In this document: positions 14,989-23,888 of the stretch, in pieces
Position numbering within the stretch: position 1 is the first letter of the stretch
Layout of the letters: each line of letters opens with the position of its first letter
Translations under genes and position numbers: made by a program
Notes under the pieces: generated by a model
What the model saw: the letters and a program-made list of their open reading frames with translations, nothing else
Told to the model about the DNA's origin: nothing
Database searches by the model: none
Source of the DNA: a virus
Taxonomy: Duplodnaviria > Caudoviricetes
DNA: 32,186 nucleotides
IMG/VR virus record: IMGVR_UViG_3300032320_001242
Coordinates: 1 to 32,186 of that record
Direction: 5' to 3' (one strand)

Positions 14989-15108
14989 TTTCTTGCCTTC
15001 CGTTTGGGGCCCTTTCTGGGCTTATGGGATAAGCGTACCACGCCGTGCATACGCTGTCAATACGGAGAGGCATCGCGTGTCGGCGTGTCGCGTGTGAGGT
15101 TGATCACA
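14989..15108 (-). promoter_or_regulatory. Promoter cassette copy 4
   Basis: TTGACA (15060-15055), GCGTATGCACGGCGTGG, TACGCT; perfect TGTGA-N6-TCACA at 15093-15108; two GACAC motifs. Confidence 0.85.
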
Positions 15109-15126
15109 CCACCGAGATATAGATGA

Positions 15127-15158
15127 AGGCCCCCCCACCCGTGAGGGCAGGGGGGCCT
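15127..15158 (-). terminator. GC-rich hairpin ending the late/lysis transcript
   Basis: AGGCCCCCC...CCC-TCAC-GGG...GGGGGGCCT just after the holin stop; weak U tract. Confidence 0.65.
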
Positions 15159-15169
15159 GTTGTATCTGG

Positions 15170-15373
15170 TTACTTAGAGCCGAGTCCGAACTGCGTGGCC
15201 CGAGGGTCCAGCGCTTTCAGTAGAGGACCAGCGACTGCGGCGATGCCTGCCAGTGCGTAGTCCTTGAGTGGGCGTGTCTGATCGACGAGATACAAAGCTA
15301 GTGCGGCCGATGCCGCTGCTCGGAGATATGAAGTGACCATCGCATCGAGCTTGGTCTTGGTTTGCTTGGTCAT
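15170..15373 (-). CDS. Putative holin
   Basis: 67 aa, two hydrophobic segments, C-terminal LDP....FG, follows the endolysin. Confidence 0.75.
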   Translation of the reverse strand: MTKQTKTKLDAMVTSYLRAAASAALALYLVDQTRPLKDYALAGIAAVAGPLLKALDPRATQFGLGSK

Positions 15374-15377
15374 AGTT

Positions 15378-15887
15378 CTACTCCTTGAAGGTTGGTCTGC
15401 CGAAGCCGACGACAGAGACGGGCAGCGAGGGTCTGATCTTGCTGCGATTCTTGATCTTGTAGGCGCGAGTCTTCAAGCAGACCTCGCCGCCGTTGCGCTG
15501 ATCTCCGCGCTTGTCTGGGCTGGTGTTACCCTCGACCGTGGCGATCGTGCCGTCGCCGTTGTCTCGAACAACGATTCCAACGTGCGAGATGCGATCGACC
15601 CCGTCGCCAGGGAAGTCAAAAAATACGATATCGCCTGGCTCTGGTAGTGCGTCAGCTGCATCTTGCCACGCGCCTTTCTTCTTGAAGGCTGCAGCGCCTG
15701 CAGCAGTGGAAACACAGTTCGGGAGCTTGAGCTTGACGCCGTTGGCGCACCACATCACGAAGGAGCCGCACCAAGGCAAGAACTGAGCCTTGGCGAAAGC
15801 GCCGTACTTGGTCTGGTTCTCTTTGGGTCCTTCGATCGTGCCAGCCTCTGCCAGCGCTGTCGCTATGAACTCGGTCCTCTGACTCAT
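15378..15887 (-). CDS. Endolysin, CHAP-domain peptidase
   Basis: PWCGSFVMW, PGDIVFF, SHVGIV, TVEGNTS (Cys/His catalytic pair). Confidence 0.9.
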   Translation of the reverse strand: MSQRTEFIATALAEAGTIEGPKENQTKYGAFAKAQFLPWCGSFVMWCANGVKLKLPNCVSTAAGAAAFKKKGAWQDAADALPEPGDIVFFDFPGDGVDRISHVGIVVRDNGDGTIATVEGNTSPDKRGDQRNGGEVCLKTRAYKIKNRSKIRPSLPVSVVGFGRPTFKE

Positions 15888-16087
15888 TTCGCCCCTCTTT
15901 CGATTAGAACTCGGTAGATCTCTTCAACCTGGCGCTCGAGTCTTGCGACCGAGTCTTTGACACTGGAGCCGCCGTTCGGCTTAAGCTCGCTCAGGTAGTG
16001 CCGCACCAGAAAGCGCACCATCACAGCAAAGGAGCCAACCAGCGTCGCGATCGCGACTGCCAGGCCTGCCCAGTCTGACGGGCTCAC
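15884..16087 (-). CDS. Membrane protein of the lysis module
   Basis: Probable GTG 16087; TM segment followed by ELKPNGGSSVKD.V.RLE. Confidence 0.75.
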   Translation of the reverse strand: MSPSDWAGLAVAIATLVGSFAVMVRFLVRHYLSELKPNGGSSVKDSVARLERQVEEIYRVLIERGAK

Positions 16088-16338
16088 CTTTCGATCGCCA
16101 GCACTTGCATAATCACGGTGCCAGATGAGGTGATCGCATAAAGCGCGGCCTCGCGGTTTTGCAGTGTGATCTTGTCGCCGCTGTCCATCTTGTAGCCAGT
16201 GGAAGCTGTGACGTCTGAGGCTCCGAGGTAGCACGTGCCGCTCGAGCTGTGCAAATAGACCATCTCGCCGACAGCGTCGGCTGCAGCAAGCAGGGTCGCA
16301 GTCGTGCCGACCGTGACTTGCGCTGATCTGACTCCCAT
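16084..16338 (-). CDS. Hypothetical small beta-rich protein
   Basis: AAGGAGAG RBS, 84 aa. Confidence 0.75.
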   Translation of the reverse strand: MGVRSAQVTVGTTATLLAAADAVGEMVYLHSSSGTCYLGASDVTASTGYKMDSGDKITLQNREAALYAITSSGTVIMQVLAIER

Positions 16339-16535
16339 ATTCTCTCCTTGTGTTGTAGTGGTGGGGCTAGAGGTCTTTCACCTCATCGCAGTGCAGGCTT
16401 CGACCTCTGCATAGCGTCATCGCACGTCAGACGTCTCTGCGTGCTGCCCCCTCTAAACCAGGTCTCTTCTGACTCGTCCATCGCGTCGTCTATGTCGCGC
16501 AGCAGTGGGACCAGGTCAGTCAGTAGCGTGTCTAT

Positions 16536-16760
16536 TTAGAGCGCTGCGATCTCGTCAGCAGTCAGGCCCAGCGCCGCAAGCTTCGCTCGTGCTGATGCTT
16601 TGGCTGCCGCTTTCGCTTCTGCCGCTGCGTCTTCCTCTGCTCTGCGTGCTTCGACTGCGGCTGCGCGTGCTTCGTTCTCTGCGATCTCTGCTGCTGTGAG
16701 ATCGCGCTCTGTCACTTCGCCAGTCGCGCAGTTGACTTCTAGTGCCTTTGGTGTTGTCAT
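16536..16760 (-). CDS. Tail-fibre-associated small protein
   Basis: EVNCATGEVTERDLT...KLAALGLTADEIAAL; GGAGAG RBS. Confidence 0.75.
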   Translation of the reverse strand: MTTPKALEVNCATGEVTERDLTAAEIAENEARAAAVEARRAEEDAAAEAKAAAKASARAKLAALGLTADEIAAL

Positions 16761-16773
16761 CGTGTGTCTCTCC

Positions 16774-17280
16774 TTATGAGTTCTTGATGCCGTATAGAGT
16801 TGCGCTTGTGTGTTCTACGAACTTGTCCGTGCCACCGTCAACGGTGAAAGTCAGGCTGGTGATCGCCGCAGTGAAGGGCCACGTAAAGGTCGCCAGATGT
16901 TGGTTGACGGTGCTGCCGTTGTTTGCTTGCGTACCGTCGCCGAGCATCGCCTTGTTGGAAGCCGAAGCGTAGTTTGGAAAGTACAGCTCAGACGAAGCGA
17001 AGGTGCTAGCGGTAGCAGTAGAGCCGTTCAATAGCGCCCTGAATGAGCCGTAGGTCTGCGATATGGGGCTGCCAAGGTTGTTGAGCAAGTGCAACAAAGT
17101 CGAGGCTGTGTCCGCTCCACCGTTGACCCCGATGAGAGCCCAGTTCGCAGAGATGTCAGACCTTGCGCTCAGCACCACCTTGAGGTCGGTGTAGGTCGCA
17201 GGGATGGAAGTGAAAGCCATACTCGTCGCTCCACCAGAACCGACGGTGACGGTCGCTATCTTGATGTACGTGGTTGCCAT
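16774..17280 (-). CDS. Putative tail-tip/receptor-binding paralog 3
   Basis: ATG 17280; FTSIPATYTDL...AITSL...TLYGIK. Confidence 0.75.
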   Translation of the reverse strand: MATTYIKIATVTVGSGGATSMAFTSIPATYTDLKVVLSARSDISANWALIGVNGGADTASTLLHLLNNLGSPISQTYGSFRALLNGSTATASTFASSELYFPNYASASNKAMLGDGTQANNGSTVNQHLATFTWPFTAAITSLTFTVDGGTDKFVEHTSATLYGIKNS

Positions 17281-17774
17281 TACGCCGCCTTTATTCCGTA
17301 GAGAGTGAAGGTGCACCCAGTCGAGTAAAGATCAGCGCCGCCCATCTGAAACTTGATCGAGCTTATTGCAGAAGTGGAGCGCCACAGGTTGACGACTGCT
17401 CGCGTGTTTGTGGTGCTAGAGCCGTTGCGACCGAGCATCGTCTTGTAGATCGAGGTGTTGGCATAGCTTGGCAGATTCAAGATCAGAGTGGCGAAAGCCG
17501 CACCTGGGCTGGTGATCGAAGGGTCCAGGTAGGCCGTGCCAGTGGAGCGCGTTGAAGCGCCGCTTGATCCGTTGCCTTGAAGGTCCGACATTGAGTAGTT
17601 CGTGCCCGTGTCATTATTCAGCAGCACCTGAATGGCCCTGCTGCCGCCAGAGTTGTTCTTTATGGTCGCCACCAAGACCAGATCTGTGTAAGTGGCTGGA
17701 ATGCTGCTAAAGGTGATCGTTGCTGTGTCGCTTCCAAGCGTGTTAGTCGCTATCGGTTCGTAAGTAGTCGGCAT
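17280..17774 (-). CDS. Putative tail-tip/receptor-binding paralog 2
   Basis: ITFSSIPATYTDL...AISSI...TLYGIK. Confidence 0.75.
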   Translation of the reverse strand: MPTTYEPIATNTLGSDTATITFSSIPATYTDLVLVATIKNNSGGSRAIQVLLNNDTGTNYSMSDLQGNGSSGASTRSTGTAYLDPSITSPGAAFATLILNLPSYANTSIYKTMLGRNGSSTTNTRAVVNLWRSTSAISSIKFQMGGADLYSTGCTFTLYGIKAA

Positions 17775-18340
17775 TATTTTATCCCATACAGAGCGATAGT
17801 CGTTTTGTCAACCCAAGAGCCGTCCACTGTGAAGTCTGCCGTTGTGATAGCCGCGGTCACGTTGCTGTAGGCGCTACCCAGCATCAGCTCACCCGAACCG
17901 TTGCCGTCATAGCCAGCGAGGTAGCGCAGAGTCTTGGTTTTGCTTGTGTTCGTGTAGTCTAGGATGTCGAGTATCGCTACGCCATAAGTGGACGCCGTGA
18001 CCGTGCTGCCTGGAATGCCGCCGATAGTTCCATAGCCTGAGACCGCGTAGGCCGAAACAGCCGAACCGTTGCCATAGAGGTGATGGCGGTAGCCTGTTTG
18101 ACCGTTTGAGTTGATGCTCACATAGCAAGTCAAGCCCCCAGCCGCATAGGTGCCGCGGCCGTACACTCTGAACTGCAGGTGCTTGAAGGTGCCAGGTATT
18201 GAAGTGAAGGACAAGGTCGCGGTTGTGCCCGAAGCTGTAGCAGTAGCGATGGACTGGTAATCGCCTGCAGCGGCGGCAGCCGAAGTGAAACCGTAGGCGC
18301 TTGCCGCTAGGCCGCCTCTTGCTCCGAGTATTGGACTCAT
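17774..18340 (-). CDS. Putative tail-tip/receptor-binding paralog 1
   Basis: LSFTSIPGTFKHLQ...AITT...ALYGIK. Confidence 0.75.
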   Translation of the reverse strand: MSPILGARGGLAASAYGFTSAAAAAGDYQSIATATASGTTATLSFTSIPGTFKHLQFRVYGRGTYAAGGLTCYVSINSNGQTGYRHHLYGNGSAVSAYAVSGYGTIGGIPGSTVTASTYGVAILDILDYTNTSKTKTLRYLAGYDGNGSGELMLGSAYSNVTAAITTADFTVDGSWVDKTTIALYGIK

Positions 18341-18348
18341 CTTTCCCC

Positions 18349-19350
18349 CTAAGCGAACTTCGTCTGGCTGGCGAACACGGTGTAAGTCGGCGTCGCCGCA
18401 GTCTTGACGACCGTGTAAACGTAGGCGTCGATGCTTGAGGCGTTGCCAGAGGCGAATGCTGTGCCGCCCTGGTATTTCGGTGTCACCGATGAGCCGTCTA
18501 TTTGTAGAGCGCTGTTGTAATAGGCAGTCGTCCCGTTTGTAACGAGGTGGGTCACTGTGATCGCGTCTCCAACGGCCAGAATCGAGCTGAGCGAGACTCC
18601 AGAGGCGGCCCGAATATTCAGCGTCCAGTTCGCGCTGGCGTTGCTAGTGTAGTAGAGAACGCCCTGAGTAGAGGCGTCGTAGTTGATCGTTCCAGTGGCT
18701 GCTGTGGCAGAAACGGTGGTGCGCTCCTCTGGGCTGAGCAGGACTTTACTCGAGAGCGTGTCTGCTGTCGCGCGCCCGACGATCGTGTCGGTTGAAGTCG
18801 GAAGAGTAAGAGTGCCAGTGTTGCTGATCGACGAGATGATCGGGCTGGTCAGGGTCTTGTTGGTCAGGGTCTGGCTGCCAGTCAAGGTCGCGACAGTCGA
18901 ATCGATCGCGAGTGAGACGGCGCCCGAAGTGCCGCCACCAGAGAGGCCTGTGCCTGCTGTGACGCCCGTGATGTCGCCAGACTCTGGTGTTGCGAACTGG
19001 AAGAAGATCGCAGCGCTGGTGCTCGTGAAGTAGAGAACTCCACCCTGGTACTGCGCGAGGACGAGCGAGCCTGACGTGTTGACTGTCGCCGTTCCAGCTG
19101 TAACCGTGCAGGCTCCTGCACCGTGATTCTGAATCGTAACGATGTCGCCAGCTGCGAATAGAGCGGTGTTCACGGTGATCGTGGTGGCGCCAGCGTTTGA
19201 CATCGCGACCGTTGTGCCAGCATCGGCAGCGACCAGCACGTAACTTGCGGTCTTTGCCGTGGCGCTGCCACCAAGCATCGCGGTCTGTTGCAGCGATGTC
19301 ATCTGCGCGGCACTGAGCACCTGCCCAGTCGTGAAGGTCTGCTTTGCCAT
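18349..19350 (-). CDS. Minor tail/tail fibre protein
   Basis: FTTGQVLSAAQM N-terminus, GDITGVTAGTGLSGGG and QTLTNKTLT fibre motifs. Confidence 0.8.
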   Translation of the reverse strand: MAKQTFTTGQVLSAAQMTSLQQTAMLGGSATAKTASYVLVAADAGTTVAMSNAGATTITVNTALFAAGDIVTIQNHGAGACTVTAGTATVNTSGSLVLAQYQGGVLYFTSTSAAIFFQFATPESGDITGVTAGTGLSGGGTSGAVSLAIDSTVATLTGSQTLTNKTLTSPIISSISNTGTLTLPTSTDTIVGRATADTLSSKVLLSPEERTTVSATAATGTINYDASTQGVLYYTSNASANWTLNIRAASGVSLSSILAVGDAITVTHLVTNGTTAYYNSALQIDGSSVTPKYQGGTAFASGNASSIDAYVYTVVKTAATPTYTVFASQTKFA

Positions 19351-19362
19351 ATCGTCTCCTTG

Positions 19363-20613
19363 TTAGTAGGTAAGCGCGTCCGTGTCTAGAATGCCCTGAG
19401 TGGCAGAGTCCAGAATGAAGGCCTGAATGATCGGCTCTGCAGTCAGCAGCGTCGCGCCAAAGGTGGTGCGCGTGATGTCGTACTGCACGCCTTGAACGAA
19501 CAGCTCGCGAGTGACGGTGGTCGAGCCTGGCATCGCTTTGGTGACGTTAACCAGATCGAACAGCTCGACCTCGAGGGCGGCCAGAATGCGAGCGGTCTCG
19601 GATTCGTCCACCAGGTTCAAGCCCAGCGAGTCAATGCGTAGCGTCGCGTCTTTGCGAGCCAGCAAGATGCTCCTGGCCATATTCAGCGACTCGTCGTCTG
19701 TTTCTATGAGGATATCCTTGCGAATGCCCGAATGCTGGAAGTAGGTGTCGATCGAAGGCTGATCAAAGACGTTCTGCGCGGTGCCGCCCGATCTCTGGAC
19801 CGTGACGTCGTTGACCAGCAGCGTGTCGTCGAAAGCAAAGTCGATGGTCGAGAAAGCGATGCCCACACCCGTGTCGCTGTAGATCGTCGCTGTGGCGTCT
19901 GCTTTCTGGGCGATGGAATGGCGATCGAGATAGACTGCGTCTCCCTCGGCGTTCACAAAGAAAGCGCCGAACTCTGACAGCTCGACCGTCTGCAGCGCGT
20001 CCAACGAGGTCCTGCTAGTACCAGGGTCGGCTTGCAGGGTTGAAATACCAGCGTCGATCGCCCGAGCAGAAGCTGGGAAAGCGACCAGGTCTAAGATGTC
20101 GGAGACGCGGTCGCCCGAGAGCTGGCCTGCTGTAGCTCCAGGCACTGTCGTGATGTTGGCGCCTTGCAAGAGCCTGAAAGCATCGACGCAAGTCAGCGTC
20201 ACTCTGTCCACGCCATCGACGCCTCGTACGAAGCTGGTGTCGTAGCTGGTGATGAAGCCGCTGAAAAGAAAATAGCGCACGCTGTTGTAGTCGGCGAACA
20301 CTCTGATCTTGCGAAGCGGCACCAGCTTGCCGAAGTAGGGGCCCGAGGTGTTGCTCGGGTTGAAGTCGCCGTTGTCGTCTCTGATCTCGACAGTGGCAGT
20401 GCCAGCCTCGAACTTGTTCAGAATGCGGTTGCGGCCCCGACGAATCGAAGCGCGAAGCACCTCATTGGTCACGACGATCTCGTCGTCCCCGTCTGCTAGC
20501 TGGCCCGTGCCGAGCTTGCCTTTGATGGCGTCGTCGAGTGTGAAAGCAGTGACAATGAAAGAGGGGCCGTTCGTGAAGTCGATCGAGACGCCGAGCTGTG
20601 GTAGGCCAGGCAT
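19363..20613 (-). CDS. Minor tail protein (tail tip/hub)
   Basis: 416 aa directly after the tape measure; IRRGR....FEAGTA motif. Confidence 0.8.
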   Translation of the reverse strand: MPGLPQLGVSIDFTNGPSFIVTAFTLDDAIKGKLGTGQLADGDDEIVVTNEVLRASIRRGRNRILNKFEAGTATVEIRDDNGDFNPSNTSGPYFGKLVPLRKIRVFADYNSVRYFLFSGFITSYDTSFVRGVDGVDRVTLTCVDAFRLLQGANITTVPGATAGQLSGDRVSDILDLVAFPASARAIDAGISTLQADPGTSRTSLDALQTVELSEFGAFFVNAEGDAVYLDRHSIAQKADATATIYSDTGVGIAFSTIDFAFDDTLLVNDVTVQRSGGTAQNVFDQPSIDTYFQHSGIRKDILIETDDESLNMARSILLARKDATLRIDSLGLNLVDESETARILAALEVELFDLVNVTKAMPGSTTVTRELFVQGVQYDITRTTFGATLLTAEPIIQAFILDSATQGILDTDALTY

Positions 20614-22925
20614 CAGATCGAGACCGCGTTCTTGGTGATCGACAGGCCGCTGTTCTGGCCCTGCAGAATCGCGTTTCTGATCTGCGCGACTAGGTCGCCC
20701 TCTGAGATCACCGAGCCCTGAACGTTGATGGTGATGGAGCCGCCGAAGCCGCCGCTACCCAGAGGCACGACTGCTTCTGGACCAGACTCACCGATCATCG
20801 CGATCGTTGGGCTGGTAACAACGCCGCCGCTTGCGAGCATCGGCATTCGGTTGAGCTTGTTTAGTAGGCCCTGAGTGGTGAAGTTGCCGCCGCCGACCAA
20901 GCCAGAGGGTGCCTCTGCTTTCGGAATAACTGGCCCGATAAAGCCTGGGTCTCCTGGCTTCGGCGCACTCGGGAAGTCTGGAAGGTAGGGCTTGAAGCTG
21001 GGCGGCAGGTACTCTTTTGGAGGCTCGGGCGCCAGTGGTGACTTGACGGCCGCAGTGTAGGCGTTGAGAGCGGCGAGTGCGCTGACCCACGAATCTCGCG
21101 CCGAGTTGCCAGGCGTTGGCCAAAGAGCAGAAGGCGTGACGCCCTCTGTGATCTTCTTGGCGTAGTCCACCACCTGCGCATTTGTGAGGTTCCAGGCGCC
21201 TTTGAGCTTCTCGATCTCGTATGGGTCGAGCTTGCCGTCGTTGAGTGCCTGGAAGAAATCCAGGTACAGAGCGGCCTGCTGCTTGGTGACGCCCCACTGG
21301 CCAGCCAGCTTGTCCACCTCAGCGGTTGAGACCTTGCCGTCGTTGACCGCAAAGACCGCCGCAATATAGACCGTGACTGCGTCCTTAGAAAGCCCCCACT
21401 TGGTAGCGAGGATAGCGATCTCTTCTGGTGAGATGTTGGTGTCCTGGACAACGACCAAGAGGTCGGCGTAGCGCTGGAGCGCTGTGTTTGATCTGAGTTG
21501 GGCTTCGTACGAAGCCAGAATCTGTGCCAGGCGCGCCTGCTCTGCAACGGCGCCCTGCTTGACCAGGTTGAGTCGAGCCGCTTCAAGTTGAATCGGGTCG
21601 GTCTCTGTAGTCGGCTTGACTCCGAGCTTCTTAAGCGCAGCCAGGGTCGCCTGAGTTCTGACCAGCTTGAGCTGCTCTGCAGTCAGCTTCGCGGTTGCAG
21701 CGGTGCCAGCCTTTAGGTCGATCTTCATACCCTTGAGAGAGGATAAGAAGTCGGTGGTGGTCTTGTCTAAGCCGTCGAATGAGAACTCCAGGCCATCGAC
21801 CTTTGTGGCCGCGTCGTCCATCACTTTGTTCGCTTTGTTGACGGCGAGGTACAAGCCGCCAACCGTCAGAGTGAATGCCGCGATGCCAGCGGCGGCGGCT
21901 GTCAATGAAAGGCCGCCTGTTGCTGCTGCTTGCGCTCCTGCCGCTGCGAGTGCTGCGGCTCTGATCGCTTGGTAGGCCTTGACCAACGCCTGAATCGCCG
22001 TCACGAACGCGATCACCTTGCTCGCTACGAATGTCGCGGCGAAGATGATGCCGAGCGCAGTGAAGAGGTCTTTGTTTCTGGCCACGAAGTCGAAGGTCTT
22101 GTACAGGACCATCGCGAAGCCGAAGATCGCCTTGATCGCTGTCTGGAAAGCTGCGACTAGCTTGTCGCCGTTCTCATTGATAAAGGTCTGGACTGCTGGA
22201 ATGACCTTCTGGGTCAGCAGCTGGAAGAAAGACTCGATCGTCGGCATCAACGCGACACCGAGCGTCTCTTTTGCTTCGTCGAATGCGATGCCGACTCGCT
22301 TCATACGATACTCGAAGGTCTCGGCTCTGGTCGAGGCTGCGCCAGCGAATGTCTTTGCAGTCAGCAACAACACAGCATTGAGGTCTTTTGTCTTGGTCAT
22401 CGCGGCCGTGATCGGAACGCCTAGATTCTTGAGGGCTTTGAAGTTGCCCTGGGTCGCCTTAACGACGGCGTTGGTAGCGGCTGCCATATCGACAGAAGCG
22501 CCAGCTGAAACGTCCATCGCGATGCCGAGCAGACCTTGAGCCTGGGCGACGCTGCCTGTGATGCTAGCGAGTTTCCCGAATGCTGGACGAAGCTCGTCGT
22601 CTGTAATGCCGAGCGCGCGAGCAGTCTGGTCGATGTACTTCTCTATCGAGGCGATGACCTCGTTATTGGCGCCTACTGTGTTGCGTAAAGAGTTAGCCAG
22701 CAGCGCCTGAGACTTCTCGTCTGCGATCGCGGCTTTGACTGAGTCCACGCCGATCTTGACTGCGAAGGCTGCAGCTGCAGCGGCAGCGACGCCAAATGCT
22801 TTGGCCGAGTTCTTGGCCATACGGTCGAAGCCCTTTGACAGGTTGACCAGGTCTTTCTTGGCGGCCTTAGTGCCTGCGCCGTTGTATTGCGAGAGGATTC
22901 GTGCGACTATCGCGCCAGTGGCCAT
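20613..22925 (-). CDS. Tape measure protein
   Basis: 770 aa, Ala-rich and helical; C-terminal LASGGVV..PT.AMIGESGPEAVVPL. Confidence 0.9.
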   Translation of the reverse strand: MATGAIVARILSQYNGAGTKAAKKDLVNLSKGFDRMAKNSAKAFGVAAAAAAAFAVKIGVDSVKAAIADEKSQALLANSLRNTVGANNEVIASIEKYIDQTARALGITDDELRPAFGKLASITGSVAQAQGLLGIAMDVSAGASVDMAAATNAVVKATQGNFKALKNLGVPITAAMTKTKDLNAVLLLTAKTFAGAASTRAETFEYRMKRVGIAFDEAKETLGVALMPTIESFFQLLTQKVIPAVQTFINENGDKLVAAFQTAIKAIFGFAMVLYKTFDFVARNKDLFTALGIIFAATFVASKVIAFVTAIQALVKAYQAIRAAALAAAGAQAAATGGLSLTAAAAGIAAFTLTVGGLYLAVNKANKVMDDAATKVDGLEFSFDGLDKTTTDFLSSLKGMKIDLKAGTAATAKLTAEQLKLVRTQATLAALKKLGVKPTTETDPIQLEAARLNLVKQGAVAEQARLAQILASYEAQLRSNTALQRYADLLVVVQDTNISPEEIAILATKWGLSKDAVTVYIAAVFAVNDGKVSTAEVDKLAGQWGVTKQQAALYLDFFQALNDGKLDPYEIEKLKGAWNLTNAQVVDYAKKITEGVTPSALWPTPGNSARDSWVSALAALNAYTAAVKSPLAPEPPKEYLPPSFKPYLPDFPSAPKPGDPGFIGPVIPKAEAPSGLVGGGNFTTQGLLNKLNRMPMLASGGVVTSPTIAMIGESGPEAVVPLGSGGFGGSITINVQGSVISEGDLVAQIRNAILQGQNSGLSITKNAVSI

Positions 22926-22928
22926 CGT

Positions 22929-23468
22929 CTATCCCTTTCGCTTGTTGAAGTTCGCTTGCAGCTCGCGCTTTGCGTCCTCGAGTGCAGCGGCGATTCGTAT
23001 TTGAATCTCGGGGCCGAGCTTGTCCACTGCACGCCAGATGGCGCGAGAGGCTAAGATGCCGCCGTTGAGGTTCGCGGTGAACTGGTTCACGCTTCCAGAT
23101 CTGCGACCTGCGACTTCAAAGATCGCACCAGAGGCGTCCTCTTGAATGAGAGCGCCTGCGCTGACCGTGTAGTCGTCTCGCACTTTGCCAGTCCTGCGTG
23201 TTTTCTTGATGCCGTCTCTAGCCTTCTGGCTATCCCAGGCAGGCCAGCCCTCGCCACCACGAACCGTCTTGCGAGGATTCTTGGCAGGCACGGTGCGCCA
23301 GCCGCGCATCGGTGGGTCCTTGGGTATGAAGCCCTTTGCCAGGCTCTCTGCCCTAAGCAGCTCCGAGTTGATCACGCGATTAAAGCTGCGCACTGCGCTC
23401 TTGTCGAACTCTTTGAGGGCGTCCAGCGTCTCTTTCATACCTGTCAAAATGATAGGTTGCTCAGCCAC
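22929..23468 (-). CDS. HK97 gp10-like neck/tail completion protein
   Basis: GTG start; LTGMKETLDALK...GAIFEVAGR...RAIWRA; position in the tail module. Confidence 0.65.
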   Translation of the reverse strand: MAEQPIILTGMKETLDALKEFDKSAVRSFNRVINSELLRAESLAKGFIPKDPPMRGWRTVPAKNPRKTVRGGEGWPAWDSQKARDGIKKTRRTGKVRDDYTVSAGALIQEDASGAIFEVAGRRSGSVNQFTANLNGGILASRAIWRAVDKLGPEIQIRIAAALEDAKRELQANFNKRKG

Positions 23469-23613
23469 GCTGCTTGCTCCTTTGCTTCATATAGATGCCG
23501 ATGGCTTCAAGAATGCCGTCAGGCGCGTCTAGCAGATCGACTGGTGATATCCCCGTTTCCACAGAGATAGCCGCTACGGTGTAGGTTAGGCTATCTCTGT
23601 GGATTCGAAAGAA
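23461..23613 (-). CDS. Tail assembly chaperone C-terminal extension (-1 frame)
   Basis: Open -1 frame FRIHRDSLTYTVAAISVETGISPVDLLDAPDGILEAI... with no start codon near its 5' end. Confidence 0.6.
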   Translation of the reverse strand, partial: FFRIHRDSLTYTVAAISVETGISPVDLLDAPDGILEAIGIYMKQRSKQRG

Positions 23614-23864
23614 GCGTCGCTTACTAGCTCCACCGCCTCGAGGGTATCTAAGAACTCTGGACCAAAGAGCTTCACTACGAGTCCGTTGTTGCGCATCGAC
23701 TCCCAGGCCAGCCAGTAGATGTGCTCTAGCTTCTGGTCCTCACTGAACAGCTTCGCCAGCCCCTTGCCGAACTTCTGCTCGAAGGCGACGATGGTGCGTG
23801 GTCGAAGCTGAAAGAGATGCTCTGCTCCGTCTGTGGTCTTGATCTTGATGCCTAATCCGTCCAT
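23586..23864 (-). CDS. Tail assembly chaperone
   Basis: 92 aa after the tail-tube genes. Confidence 0.75.
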   Translation of the reverse strand: MDGLGIKIKTTDGAEHLFQLRPRTIVAFEQKFGKGLAKLFSEDQKLEHIYWLAWESMRNNGLVVKLFGPEFLDTLEAVELVSDASFESTEIA

Positions 23865-23888
23865 ATTTTCCCCCTTTGGGATTCGTTG

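Noticed and set aside
12548-15108. CRISPR-like or mini-array interpretation of the four repeats
   Set aside because: Copies are 0.7-1 kb apart, separated by genes, and match -35/-10 promoter architecture
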